IMG/VR virus record: IMGVR_UViG_3300043436_004750
DNA from: a virus
Lineage: Duplodnaviria; Heunggongvirae; Uroviricota; Caudoviricetes
Direction: 5' to 3' (one strand)
Length of the DNA stretch: 64,000 nucleotides
Shown: one piece after another, positions 8,194 to 16,298 of the stretch
How the letters are laid out: each line of letters starts with the position of its first letter
Numbering within the stretch: the first letter of the stretch is position 1
Translations under genes and position numbers: made by a program
The notes under the pieces: generated by a model
The model's database searches: none
What the model was told of the DNA's origin: nothing
What the model saw: the letters and a program-made list of their open reading frames with translations, nothing else

Positions 8194-8313
8194 CAAACAA
8201 TTAAAACTAAAAACTATGGAACACGCTTATTATTGGGTATCTACATTTTTACAACTAATTATGATTATCATTTTAGGTGGAATTTATGAAAATGTAAAAA
8301 AAAAATAAAAAAC

Positions 8314-8393
8314 AGTCAGGTGGCGGAATTGGGTCAAGCTATGGTACTTTTTAACAATACTTAAGCATACAGGTTCGAATCCTGTCCTGACTA
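8314..8393 (+). tRNA. tRNA-like gene, 80 nt, no encoded CCA; isotype not resolved
   Basis: AGTCAGG...ACAGGTTCGAATCCTGT-CCTGACT-A: perfect 7-bp acceptor and canonical T-arm; possible anticodon arm gtact-ttttaac-aatac (TTA?) is uncertain. Confidence 0.45.
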
Positions 8394-8425
8394 CAAAAAT
8401 AAATTAAAAAAAGTTACTAAAATAG

Positions 8426-8457
8426 TTGCCTCATAAAATTAATGTTCTTATCTTTAG
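8426..8457 (+). promoter_or_regulatory. early promoter family member
   Basis: TTG 8426-8428, TATCTTTAG 8449-8457. Confidence 0.6.
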
Positions 8458-8484
8458 GTATCAATAATTAAAACATATAACATT

Positions 8485-9270
8485 ATGACAAGAGTTCAAA
8501 TTTTAGAGAAAAAAGTTGAAGTATTAGTTTCAGAAAAACAATCTATAGCATCTCAAAGATATGCTTGTAGAGAGAGATTTGAAAAAGCTTTAACAAGAGG
8601 ATTTAATAGATACTTCAGAGGAATTGTTTCTGAGGATATTAGAATTGAATGTACTCAAACAGGAATTTACTTCAAGAAAATGAATGAAGAAGGTTCCTAT
8701 GAGAAAGAATTATTTAGTATTTATCTTAAGGAGACTTATTTTTCTATAGAAAAAAGAGAGGAAATGTTTCGTGGTTGTGAATTATCTTACTATACAACCT
8801 CTTCTAATTCAGATTGGGAATTAGAGAGATTAACAAATTTGGGTAGAGTTGCTCAAGTATTAAAAGATTTTAAAGATGAAGTTGTAAATCAAGCAAATGA
8901 ATTAGCAAAGATTTATAATGCTGAAATGGAAATAGAAAAGTTTTATGAGAGAGAATCTTTAGTTGAAAAGCAAATCTCAGAAATTAGATCTCAAATCAAA
9001 GCTTTTGAAAAAGAGAGAATAGTATTTGATTTAAAGAATGAAGGAATTACTTTTGATGTAGGTTGTAATATTCAATTGAAGTGGAATTATGCTCCTAGAA
9101 TTGTAAGTTTAAAATTAATTGACTTTTCTAAATCAGGGAAGAAAGCTACAGCAATCTTTGAATGGGAGAGAGGGAGAGAGTCTAGAGAAGAAAATGTAAA
9201 TGTTGATTCTATTATTGATCAAGTATTAGGATTTGCTAAAAATATTACTCAGTCCGTTTTAGCTGAGTAG
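8485..9270 (+). CDS. hypothetical coiled-coil protein
   Basis: 261-aa ORF. Confidence 0.6.
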   Translation: MTRVQILEKKVEVLVSEKQSIASQRYACRERFEKALTRGFNRYFRGIVSEDIRIECTQTGIYFKKMNEEGSYEKELFSIYLKETYFSIEKREEMFRGCELSYYTTSSNSDWELERLTNLGRVAQVLKDFKDEVVNQANELAKIYNAEMEIEKFYERESLVEKQISEIRSQIKAFEKERIVFDLKNEGITFDVGCNIQLKWNYAPRIVSLKLIDFSKSGKKATAIFEWERGRESREENVNVDSIIDQVLGFAKNITQSVLAE

Positions 9271-9541
9271 TTTTAATTGTTGATACGAAGAGAGCTGCTA
9301 TGAAAATAGCGGCTTTCCTAGGTGACCGCTAGGTCGGTTTTTAATTATTGATATTGGAGCCTCTCTATTAATTTAGAGGGGTTTTCCTTTTTTCTTGCTA
9401 TTTATATATGTAATGACAATAGATTGGAGTCTTAGTCTTAACAGAGCATATAGTTGGATACAGAGGATTATTTCCTTATATTTATTTTAGATTACTATTC
9501 TCTTTAGTGTGCACTCCAATCCACTTAAGAGATAATCATAA

Positions 9542-9573
9542 AGAGCTTCTCTTAATTGAGAGGCTCTTTTTTT
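9542..9573 (+). terminator. strong intrinsic terminator (10-bp stem agagcttctc/gagaggctct, loop ttaatt, T7)
   Basis: seen in sequence; 270 nt downstream of nearest CDS end. Confidence 0.55.
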
Positions 9574-9835
9574 ATATGCCTTATTGTCTTATGACGATAA
9601 TCCTTTAAGGCGTCTAATCCTTATAAAATCCATCTGATGGGACTTCGATTGTAATCTGAAAAGGATCAATCACCTTACCTAGACGAAGCAGCTAGGATAG
9701 GAGCTAGGTGAGAAGGGTGCTTTGGCTCACAAGAGTATGTTACATCAAACATCAGGACAGTACCATGAAAAAGGAAGTAATGGGAATTAAAATCTTTATA
9801 TGTATACTTATGTTTAATAATTAAAATAAAATAAT

Positions 9836-10039
9836 ATGGCTGGAAAATATTCTAAGATAAAATGGATGAGTAATCAAACCTTTGGAGACTATAACTTAGA
9901 TAGAACTATCAAAACAGATAACTTATCTAAATCTCAGCTGGAAAGATATTTGAAGAAGAAAAGGTTAGAATCCCAGAGAAGGGAAGAAGAATTAAGAGAA
10001 CCTAGAGTAAAAAGAAATGGTAAAATAATTAAAAAATAG
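9836..10039 (+). CDS. small basic protein
   Basis: 67-aa ORF, Lys/Arg-rich. Confidence 0.45.
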   Translation: MAGKYSKIKWMSNQTFGDYNLDRTIKTDNLSKSQLERYLKKKRLESQRREEELREPRVKRNGKIIKK

Positions 10040-10071
10040 TTGCCTCCTATTATCTTTCTTCTTATCTTTAG
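10040..10071 (+). promoter_or_regulatory. early promoter family member
   Basis: TTG 10040-10042, TATCTTTAG 10063-10071. Confidence 0.6.
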
Positions 10072-10098
10072 GTATCAATAATTAAAACATATAAAACT

Positions 10099-10293
10099 AT
10101 GATGGACGTTAACTACTTTTTAGATCAAGCACAGAATTCTTATCAACATGAATTCAACGAAGATTGGGCAGATGTTATAATGGAGATGACAGATGACTTT
10201 ACAATGTTAATAACAGAAGATGGTTATGCAATGACTATCGACTGGACTACAGAAGGAGAATTTAATGGTTATAATTCTCACAATAATAGTTAA
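10099..10293 (+). CDS. hypothetical acidic protein
   Basis: 64-aa ORF. Confidence 0.55.
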   Translation: MMDVNYFLDQAQNSYQHEFNEDWADVIMEMTDDFTMLITEDGYAMTIDWTTEGEFNGYNSHNNS

Positions 10294-10301
10294 TAAAAAA
10301 G

Positions 10302-10333
10302 TTGCCTCACAAAGATAAAGTTCTTATCTTTAG
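10302..10333 (+). promoter_or_regulatory. early promoter family member driving an ORF-less unit
   Basis: TTG 10302-10304, TATCTTTAG 10325-10333; only 8- and 18-codon ORFs before terminator at 10440. Confidence 0.5.
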
Positions 10334-10439
10334 GTATTAATAATTAAAAATAAAGTGTTATGAGTGAATTAGAAAAGGGTTAGTAATATTTAGTGGAGAA
10401 AAAAGGGAGGAGAAAATAATTGTTATGAAAAAAAAAGTT

Positions 10440-10470
10440 AGCAGATTAGTTGCTAGTCTGCTTTCTTTTT
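10440..10470 (+). terminator. hairpin agcaga/tctgct + T-rich run
   Basis: seen in sequence. Confidence 0.45.
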
Positions 10471-10481
10471 CTTATCTTTAG
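10450..10481 (+). promoter_or_regulatory. early promoter family member
   Basis: TTG 10450-10452, TATCTTTAG 10473-10481. Confidence 0.6.
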
Positions 10482-10508
10482 GTATCAATAATTAAAACAA
10501 ACAATATT

Positions 10509-10694
10509 ATGACACAGGTTATTCAAAAAGGAGGTTCTATCGGAACAACTAACAAAGTAGTTAAGGAATTTGAAAATCATGAAGAAGCAAAAGCATATGC
10601 TAAGCTAAGAAGATCTTATCTATCTCCAGGAGAAAAGAATTATTACGGTATGTCTTATACTGTAAAAAAGATTAAAAAAAAGTTGCTTAATTAA
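10509..10694 (+). CDS. hypothetical protein
   Basis: 61-aa ORF. Confidence 0.5.
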   Translation: MTQVIQKGGSIGTTNKVVKEFENHEEAKAYAKLRRSYLSPGEKNYYGMSYTVKKIKKKLLN

Positions 10695-10714
10695 ATCCAA
10701 TTTCTTATCTTTAG
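10683..10714 (+). promoter_or_regulatory. early promoter family member
   Basis: TTG 10683-10685, TATCTTTAG 10706-10714. Confidence 0.6.
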
Positions 10715-10741
10715 GTATTAATAATTAAAACATATAAAATC

Positions 10742-11092
10742 ATGACAAAAGATCAAACATTAGTAGCATTAGGAAATCAATTAGATTCATTCTATTCTTT
10801 ACAACAAGTAATTGATATTGTAAAAAATATTGAAGTAGGTCCAAGTAGAAAGATTACAGTTACAGATATTCAAAGAGCAATTGACAATGTAGTTGATATT
10901 TTTGAAAGAAACACAGAAGATGTAGTTGAATACACAAATGTTGAATTCAAGATTAGCTATGATAATAGAATTGAAGTAGAGAGTGTTAGATTGAGTATGG
11001 ATTCTATCAGAGAAATACTTGAGAACAACTTTATGGATTTTGGTGAAGTTGAAGTAGAAGTTAAAGAAGAAAAAGAAGAAAATGAATTATAA
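10742..11092 (+). CDS. hypothetical acidic protein
   Basis: 116-aa ORF. Confidence 0.55.
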   Translation: MTKDQTLVALGNQLDSFYSLQQVIDIVKNIEVGPSRKITVTDIQRAIDNVVDIFERNTEDVVEYTNVEFKISYDNRIEVESVRLSMDSIREILENNFMDFGEVEVEVKEEKEENEL

Positions 11093-11101
11093 ATAAAGTT
11101 G

Positions 11102-11133
11102 CCTCTTCGGAGGCTTCTTCTTATCTTTAGGTA
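11102..11133 (+). promoter_or_regulatory. early promoter family member; -33 in gcctcttcggaggc hairpin
   Basis: TTG 11102-11104, TATCTTTAG 11125-11133. Confidence 0.6.
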
Positions 11134-11157
11134 TCAATAATTAAAACAATATAAACT

Positions 11158-11430
11158 ATGTCAAATTTATTATCAACAGCAAAAAATTTATTAAAAGATC
11201 AGGCAATTGAATTGTATGATATCTATGCAGAAGATATTCCTTTAAAGAAAGAAGACTACAGAAGTCATTATGCTAATCTAGGAGAACGATTATTTGAAAT
11301 TGATTCAATTAATTTATTCTCAGAATTAATCGCTAAGCTTGAATCTAATTCCTTTTCTGAATTAGGTTATGATTCTGATGATGAAGATTTATTAGAAGAG
11401 TTTTTAGAAAAAGTGAAGAAATCTCAGTAA
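11158..11430 (+). CDS. hypothetical acidic protein
   Basis: 90-aa ORF. Confidence 0.55.
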   Translation: MSNLLSTAKNLLKDQAIELYDIYAEDIPLKKEDYRSHYANLGERLFEIDSINLFSELIAKLESNSFSELGYDSDDEDLLEEFLEKVKKSQ

Positions 11431-11431
11431 T

Positions 11432-11665
11432 ATGTCATACGAGAGAAATATAAAAGGAACATGGAAAGGAAAGGAGAGGAAGGTGTCTAAGCCTTCTTCT
11501 CCGATGATAGGGGTAGTGTATAAGGGGGTAGGTAAATCCTGTGGTAGGGAAGAGGTAGGAGTCTTAGTAGAGATGTTTGATCAGAACGATGAAGCAATCC
11601 TTAGAACAAAAGAAAATAAATTAATCTCAGTAGATAAAAGATCATTAAAAGCAATCACAGTATGA
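11432..11665 (+). CDS. hypothetical protein
   Basis: 77-aa ORF. Confidence 0.5.
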   Translation: MSYERNIKGTWKGKERKVSKPSSPMIGVVYKGVGKSCGREEVGVLVEMFDQNDEAILRTKENKLISVDKRSLKAITV

Positions 11666-11814
11666 AAGAACAAATATTAAATGAACTTACAGCAACAATG
11701 AATCGTCTAATGACTACAGAAGAGATCTTAGACTTCTTTGAAAACATATTAGGAGAGATGTCTGAGGATAGATTACAGAATATATTGGCAGAGGTAAGAG
11801 CTAACTATAATTAA
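11662..11814 (+). CDS. small protein (50 aa)
   Basis: ATGA overlap with upstream stop; below track cutoff. Confidence 0.3.
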   Translation: MKEQILNELTATMNRLMTTEEILDFFENILGEMSEDRLQNILAEVRANYN

Positions 11815-11821
11815 AAAATAG

Positions 11822-11853
11822 TTGCCTCTTAGAATAATAGTTCTTATCTTTAG
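11822..11853 (+). promoter_or_regulatory. early promoter family member
   Basis: TTG 11822-11824, TATCTTTAG 11845-11853. Confidence 0.6.
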
Positions 11854-11880
11854 GTATCAATAATTAAAACAATATAAATC

Positions 11881-12063
11881 ATGGAAGAAGTTAGAGAGTA
11901 CTTTGCAAGCAATTATGGCCATATTGATCTTTGGTCTGTATCAGATGAGGACATCACAGAGTTCTTAGAGAGAGTTTATTTAGAGGGTTTATCTTTTGAA
12001 CAGAAGATGGATTGTTTTTGTGATTATTTAATGGCTAATCAGTTAGTTGATTATGATGAATAG
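11881..12063 (+). CDS. hypothetical protein
   Basis: 60-aa ORF. Confidence 0.5.
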   Translation: MEEVREYFASNYGHIDLWSVSDEDITEFLERVYLEGLSFEQKMDCFCDYLMANQLVDYDE

Positions 12064-12074
12064 TTAAAAAAAAG

Positions 12075-12106
12075 TTGCCTCTTCGGAGGCAATTTCTTAT
12101 CTTTAG
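12075..12106 (+). promoter_or_regulatory. early promoter family member; -33 in gcctcttcggaggc hairpin
   Basis: TTG 12075-12077, TATCTTTAG 12098-12106. Confidence 0.6.
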
Positions 12107-12133
12107 GTATCAATAATTAAAACAAGATACAAT

Positions 12134-12397
12134 ATGACAAGAGAACAATTTCTATCAGGAGTGAGCTTTAGAGTAAAAGGAGTTACTTACAAAGGAGCAA
12201 GGACTTTTTACTATGATGGATGTATAATGAAACAATCTAGATCTACTATAGATGAGAGAGTAATCTACCAAGACTATCATGCCAATGTGATTAAGGTAGG
12301 AAGGGTTGGCTTTACAGCTTTTAGCTTTGTAATGAATAAGAAAGTAGTAGTTAAATATAGGTTTGAAGACTTAGTAGAATTTAAAGAGGAGGCTTAG
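12134..12397 (+). CDS. hypothetical protein
   Basis: 87-aa ORF. Confidence 0.55.
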   Translation: MTREQFLSGVSFRVKGVTYKGARTFYYDGCIMKQSRSTIDERVIYQDYHANVIKVGRVGFTAFSFVMNKKVVVKYRFEDLVEFKEEA

Positions 12398-12410
12398 GCC
12401 TCTTTTTTTT
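12389..12410 (+). terminator. intrinsic terminator gaggc-ttag-gcctc + T9 (stop codon in loop)
   Basis: seen in sequence. Confidence 0.55.
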
Positions 12411-12423
12411 TACCTGTAGGTCA

Positions 12424-12456
12424 AGGTGATGTCAAGGTGAGGGCAAGGTTAGAGAA
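12424..12456. repeat. 11-bp tandem repeat x3 (gtcaaggtga-like)
   Basis: aggtcaaggtgatgtcaaggtgagggcaaggtta. Confidence 0.5.
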
Positions 12457-12850
12457 CACTGCTAGTTTATTTCCCTCAAACGGGTTCGCCGTCGGGTTCC
12501 TGCGCCACATAGAGAAGTATATTTCTGATGAAAATTGAGGTATGGGGGTATATATTTATATATACTATATAGCTTTAAGAAAGATGTTGTTATGGTTACT
12601 TTCCTTCCCTAGATCTCTCCAAGGCTAATTTCCCCAAGTTGTCCTCCTTCTCAAGTTTGGTCTATATAGCTGCTAAACCCTAGCACGGTTACCACCTATA
12701 CCCCTTATCCTACCTCTATTGTTGTACTACTATGTGTTTATTTCTTATATTTAATATAGAACATTTCGTTTAATTTTCCAACTACCCCAGGATTTTTTTC
12801 CGGAAAATTTTTCGTTATATGAACATTATATATTTATATAAAAGAATAAT

Positions 12851-13276
12851 ATGAAAAAACTAGATACAAACCAACTCTTTAATATATTCCAGATGGGAGA
12901 TGAAGAAGTGTACAGAGAACACCAAGTGGAGGATGTATTGGATAATTGTTTTGTACTCTTTGGTATGGTGGTTAAGGGTGTCGAGAATTACTACATAATT
13001 GATCAGTTATACCAAAAGAAGTATGGAGAACAGTATGACTGCGTAAGGGTATCTATCAAACTAAAGTACTTTATAGGACTTGTGAGATACCTTGAGAGAA
13101 TTAAGGAGATACCGGAAGATACATTACATATTATAGTAGATGAATTCGGATTACAGGCTATAGTTTATGCTTTACAGCAAATGCTCGACCTATTTATAGA
13201 GGAGGAGTATTATGAAAAATGTACTACTATTACTAAATTTCAACAACTTTTTTCACTAAATCAGTTGGTAGAGTAA
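12851..13276 (+). CDS. hypothetical protein
   Basis: 141-aa ORF. Confidence 0.55.
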   Translation: MKKLDTNQLFNIFQMGDEEVYREHQVEDVLDNCFVLFGMVVKGVENYYIIDQLYQKKYGEQYDCVRVSIKLKYFIGLVRYLERIKEIPEDTLHIIVDEFGLQAIVYALQQMLDLFIEEEYYEKCTTITKFQQLFSLNQLVE

Positions 13277-13296
13277 ATATAATTTCATATCTTTAT
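13265..13296 (+). promoter_or_regulatory. variant promoter (TTG, 20-nt spacer, TATCTTTAT)
   Basis: TTG 13265-13267, TATCTTTAT 13288-13296; followed by TTTATAAATA. Confidence 0.4.
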
Positions 13297-13320
13297 GTAT
13301 AATTTATAAATAAAAAGGTT

Positions 13321-13518
13321 ATGGAGGAATTAATTTTAAGTATTTTACTACAGTATTTACTGGTAGGTCTTATTTGTGCAGTATTTATAGACTTTTCCAT
13401 TAGGGTATTTCGATCAAGTAATCCTTTTACTTTTCTTGAAATATTAATAACAATACTAACATGGCCCATCATTGTGGGGAGTTTCTTACAGTCTTTTTTT
13501 CAAGATTTTTTCAACTAA
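13321..13518 (+). CDS. small membrane protein
   Basis: 65 aa, two TM helices. Confidence 0.5.
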   Translation: MEELILSILLQYLLVGLICAVFIDFSIRVFRSSNPFTFLEILITILTWPIIVGSFLQSFFQDFFN

Positions 13519-13533
13519 AAAACACAGACAGTT

Positions 13534-14166
13534 ATGTATAGAGATAAAATAAGCCTTCCCCAGGCCAAAGCCCTAGAATTAACAGGAGAGATTACAATTG
13601 TTGATTCTTCACCAGAATCTGTTTTGGCCTACCCCAAGGTAGGAAAGAAGTGGAAAGAGAACTACATTACACTACAATCTAAATATAGACATATATCTCC
13701 AGAAAAACTCCTTACCTTCCTATCGGCAAAATACCTTATAGAAGCACCTGAAGGATTAGTAGATGAAAATACCAATACATATTCCTGGAGATATTTCCAT
13801 GGTGTGGAGAATTCTAAGATAAAAGAGAAATCTGTAGATAATATCGAATATGTATATATCCTTGTGAATCCCGCCTACCCCTCTCTGGTTAAGGTAGGAA
13901 TGACCATTCATGATGTTAATAGGAGAGTCACGTCGATAAACGCTACAGCCACGGTTGAGGAATGGGTTCCAAAATTTGCTCTTCCTGTAAGGAAGGGTAC
14001 GGCTATGAAAGTGGAAAAAGCCGTTCATAAACATTTTAGTTCTTCTAGGGTTTCCTCCGATAGGGGAGGTTCTAGAGAGTTTTTCAAAGTTACTCCTTTT
14101 GAGGCTTTTGATAAGATTCGTGAGGTAGGTGCATTATTCCAAGTGGGAGAACCTGTTATTTATTAA
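13534..14166 (+). CDS. T5orf172 (GIY-YIG-superfamily) domain protein
   Basis: C-terminal EYVYILVNPAYPSLVKVGMT...R....I......REFFKV matches the T5orf172/MUG113 pattern. Confidence 0.55.
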   Translation: MYRDKISLPQAKALELTGEITIVDSSPESVLAYPKVGKKWKENYITLQSKYRHISPEKLLTFLSAKYLIEAPEGLVDENTNTYSWRYFHGVENSKIKEKSVDNIEYVYILVNPAYPSLVKVGMTIHDVNRRVTSINATATVEEWVPKFALPVRKGTAMKVEKAVHKHFSSSRVSSDRGGSREFFKVTPFEAFDKIREVGALFQVGEPVIY

Positions 14167-14252
14167 AGTTTATCTCGGAAGAACTGGGAGAGTTTTTAGG
14201 ATATATATGTAAATCTTGCGCGGTGATTCTATAGAGATAATTGTTATTTTAG

Positions 14253-14284
14253 TTGCCTCTTTCCTTTTTTCTTCGTATATTTAG
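14253..14284 (+). promoter_or_regulatory. early-type promoter
   Basis: TTG 14253-14255, TATATTTAG 14276-14284. Confidence 0.55.
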
Positions 14285-14305
14285 GTACAATCAAAAAATA
14301 ATGTT

Positions 14306-14959
14306 ATGAAACAGTTGAAAAATTTATTTCTTTTATTACTTTCTTTATTCGTTTTTAGTTGTTCTACTTCTGAATTAGACCAGAATGTATGTCTGAATGG
14401 AGATTGTTATGCTGAATTTTGGGTTGATACTATGGGACATCCTGGTACTTATCAAGACGGGCAAGGGGTTTGGCATATAAAACATGTAGGGTTAAACTAC
14501 TTTACAGTCAAAGGGCGGTTATCTCCTTTAGATCCTCATTACGTGGTTAATAATATTCCCTTAGTTATTACTTCTTTTGATTCTAACTTTTTCTACCTAC
14601 CAGGTAACGTAGTATGGACCTACCCTGTCTATTCGTACTTAGGACTGTGGTCAAGTAATCAGATGAATACTCCTATACCTATCGGTACTCAAACCTATAC
14701 CTTTCCTCAACTCTCACAGCAGACCACCATTATGAATTTAGCAGGATATACAATTCAACCCCATACGGACTTTTATGCCAATCAATCAGTATTACAGTCA
14801 TATTTTAGTACTAATTCCAGATATACGTATACTCCTCAACAATCTATGGTTTTCTTTCCAGATTTTATAGGACAATCAGCAACTATCTACATTAATATCA
14901 CTTTCGGAGAGAATAAAGAAACAGTATTAAAGGAGTTAAAAGTAGTATTTGAGCAGTAG
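14306..14959 (+). CDS. lipoprotein (lipobox LFVFSC)
   Basis: Signal peptide MKQLKNLFLLLLSLFVFSCSTSE; aromatic/Gln-rich mature part. Confidence 0.6.
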   Translation: MKQLKNLFLLLLSLFVFSCSTSELDQNVCLNGDCYAEFWVDTMGHPGTYQDGQGVWHIKHVGLNYFTVKGRLSPLDPHYVVNNIPLVITSFDSNFFYLPGNVVWTYPVYSYLGLWSSNQMNTPIPIGTQTYTFPQLSQQTTIMNLAGYTIQPHTDFYANQSVLQSYFSTNSRYTYTPQQSMVFFPDFIGQSATIYINITFGENKETVLKELKVVFEQ

Positions 14960-14994
14960 AGTTGCTTCTTTAAAAAAAAGTTCATAACTTAACT

Positions 14995-15065
14995 ATTAAT
15001 AAATAATTAATAAAATAATAATTAATAAAATAATAATTAATAAAATAATAATTAAAAATAAATAA
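14995..15065. repeat. about 15-bp tandem repeat (aataattaataaaat) x4
   Basis: seen in sequence. Confidence 0.6.
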
Positions 15066-15086
15066 TATTAATATAAAATAAAAAAA

Positions 15087-15260
15087 ATGAGAAACAAGGA
15101 TTTATTTCAACAGAAATTAGAGCGTTTTGAAGCAGAGGTTAAGAAAATGGGGTACCTTATCCACAAAAATGAACAGGATGTAGCTTATGATAAAGTTGAA
15201 GAGCTTTTAGAAAAAATAAGTGATATGCAAACATTATTAAATACAGAGCATCAAGACTAA
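15087..15260 (+). CDS. small coiled-coil protein (57 aa)
   Basis: ORF ending TAATG overlapped with next gene start. Confidence 0.3.
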   Translation: MRNKDLFQQKLERFEAEVKKMGYLIHKNEQDVAYDKVEELLEKISDMQTLLNTEHQD

Positions 15261-15997
15261 TGAATCTTTCGGCAGAACAGTTACAGAGTAATTGGGATAG
15301 GCATCTAAAAATATTAGATACTTTTATTACAGGAGATCGTAAAGAGAAGTTAAAATCTCTATATGAGTCTTTAGCAGAAGAAATGATACTTGCTCCTGCC
15401 TCCGGTAAACCTTCCTTCCATAATGCCTTCCCGGGAGGGTATATTGAACATGTTAACCGAGTTGTTCATTGTGCTTTTAAGACAAAAGAGTTATGGGAAA
15501 CTATGGGAGCTAATATAGATTTTACAGAGGAAGAATTAGTATTTACTGCTCTTAATCACGACTTAGGTAAAATAGGGTTCAAGGGGAAGCCTAATTACTT
15601 ACCTCAAACGGATGCCTGGAGAAAGGATAAGTTAGGAGAAGAATATATTCATAATAAGGATTTATCTTTTATGCTTATTCAAGATCGCTCCCTCTTTATT
15701 CTTCAGCAAAACGGTATAGCTATGAATGAAAAAGAGTATCTAGCTATAAAATTACATGACGGATTATATGATGATGTAAATAAACCTTACTATATATCAT
15801 TCAATCCAGATTCTAAATTTAGAACAAATCTAGTATATATCTTACACCAGGCAGACTTTTTAGCCTCTAAAGTAGAATATGATACTTGGAAATCTTTAGG
15901 AGGAACTTCTAAACCTAAGGTAGAGAAAACAGTTTCCTCAACAGGTAAAAAAATAAATGGATCCCAAGGATTAATGGGGTTAGTAAAAGATATATAG
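15260..15997 (+). CDS. HD-domain phosphohydrolase
   Basis: H..H (IEHVNRVVHC) ... ALNHDLGKIG (HD motif) ... LHDGLYDD. Confidence 0.55.
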   Translation: MNLSAEQLQSNWDRHLKILDTFITGDRKEKLKSLYESLAEEMILAPASGKPSFHNAFPGGYIEHVNRVVHCAFKTKELWETMGANIDFTEEELVFTALNHDLGKIGFKGKPNYLPQTDAWRKDKLGEEYIHNKDLSFMLIQDRSLFILQQNGIAMNEKEYLAIKLHDGLYDDVNKPYYISFNPDSKFRTNLVYILHQADFLASKVEYDTWKSLGGTSKPKVEKTVSSTGKKINGSQGLMGLVKDI

Positions 15998-15998
15998 T

Positions 15999-16298
15999 AT
16001 GATAACATTATCAGTTATTTTAGGAGTATTAGTATTAGTATTAGTATTCGGATATACGACCTGGAACCTACACCGTAAGGTGATAAGACAAGAGGATATC
16101 ATAGAATACCAAGTAGGTTATTTAAGAAAGGTTGCGTATCTTATTAGTGAATCAAAAATTTATGTTGAACAATTAGATGAGAAAGGCACTTTTAGATCTG
16201 ATGATGAAGTCGGAGTTTTCTTTAACTTTATGAAAGAAATACAAGACACTATAAATGCCTACCGTCTCCCAGAAGATTATGGCAAAACCGCAAAATAA
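15999..16298 (+). CDS. hypothetical protein with N-terminal TM helix
   Basis: 99-aa ORF. Confidence 0.5.
   Translation: MITLSVILGVLVLVLVFGYTTWNLHRKVIRQEDIIEYQVGYLRKVAYLISESKIYVEQLDEKGTFRSDDEVGVFFNFMKEIQDTINAYRLPEDYGKTAK

Noticed and set aside
8216-8365. About 49-codon hydrophobic ORF between and into the tRNA-like genes
   Set aside because: It runs through the second tRNA-like gene and sits below the ORF cutoff. It is more likely a fortuitous frame in an A-rich spacer, though a tiny membrane peptide cannot be excluded.
16255-16278. Longer start for the sigma-like gene
   Set aside because: It overlaps the previous gene's 3' end. The ATG at 16279 (MAKPQNK) is the more parsimonious start, but both remain possible.
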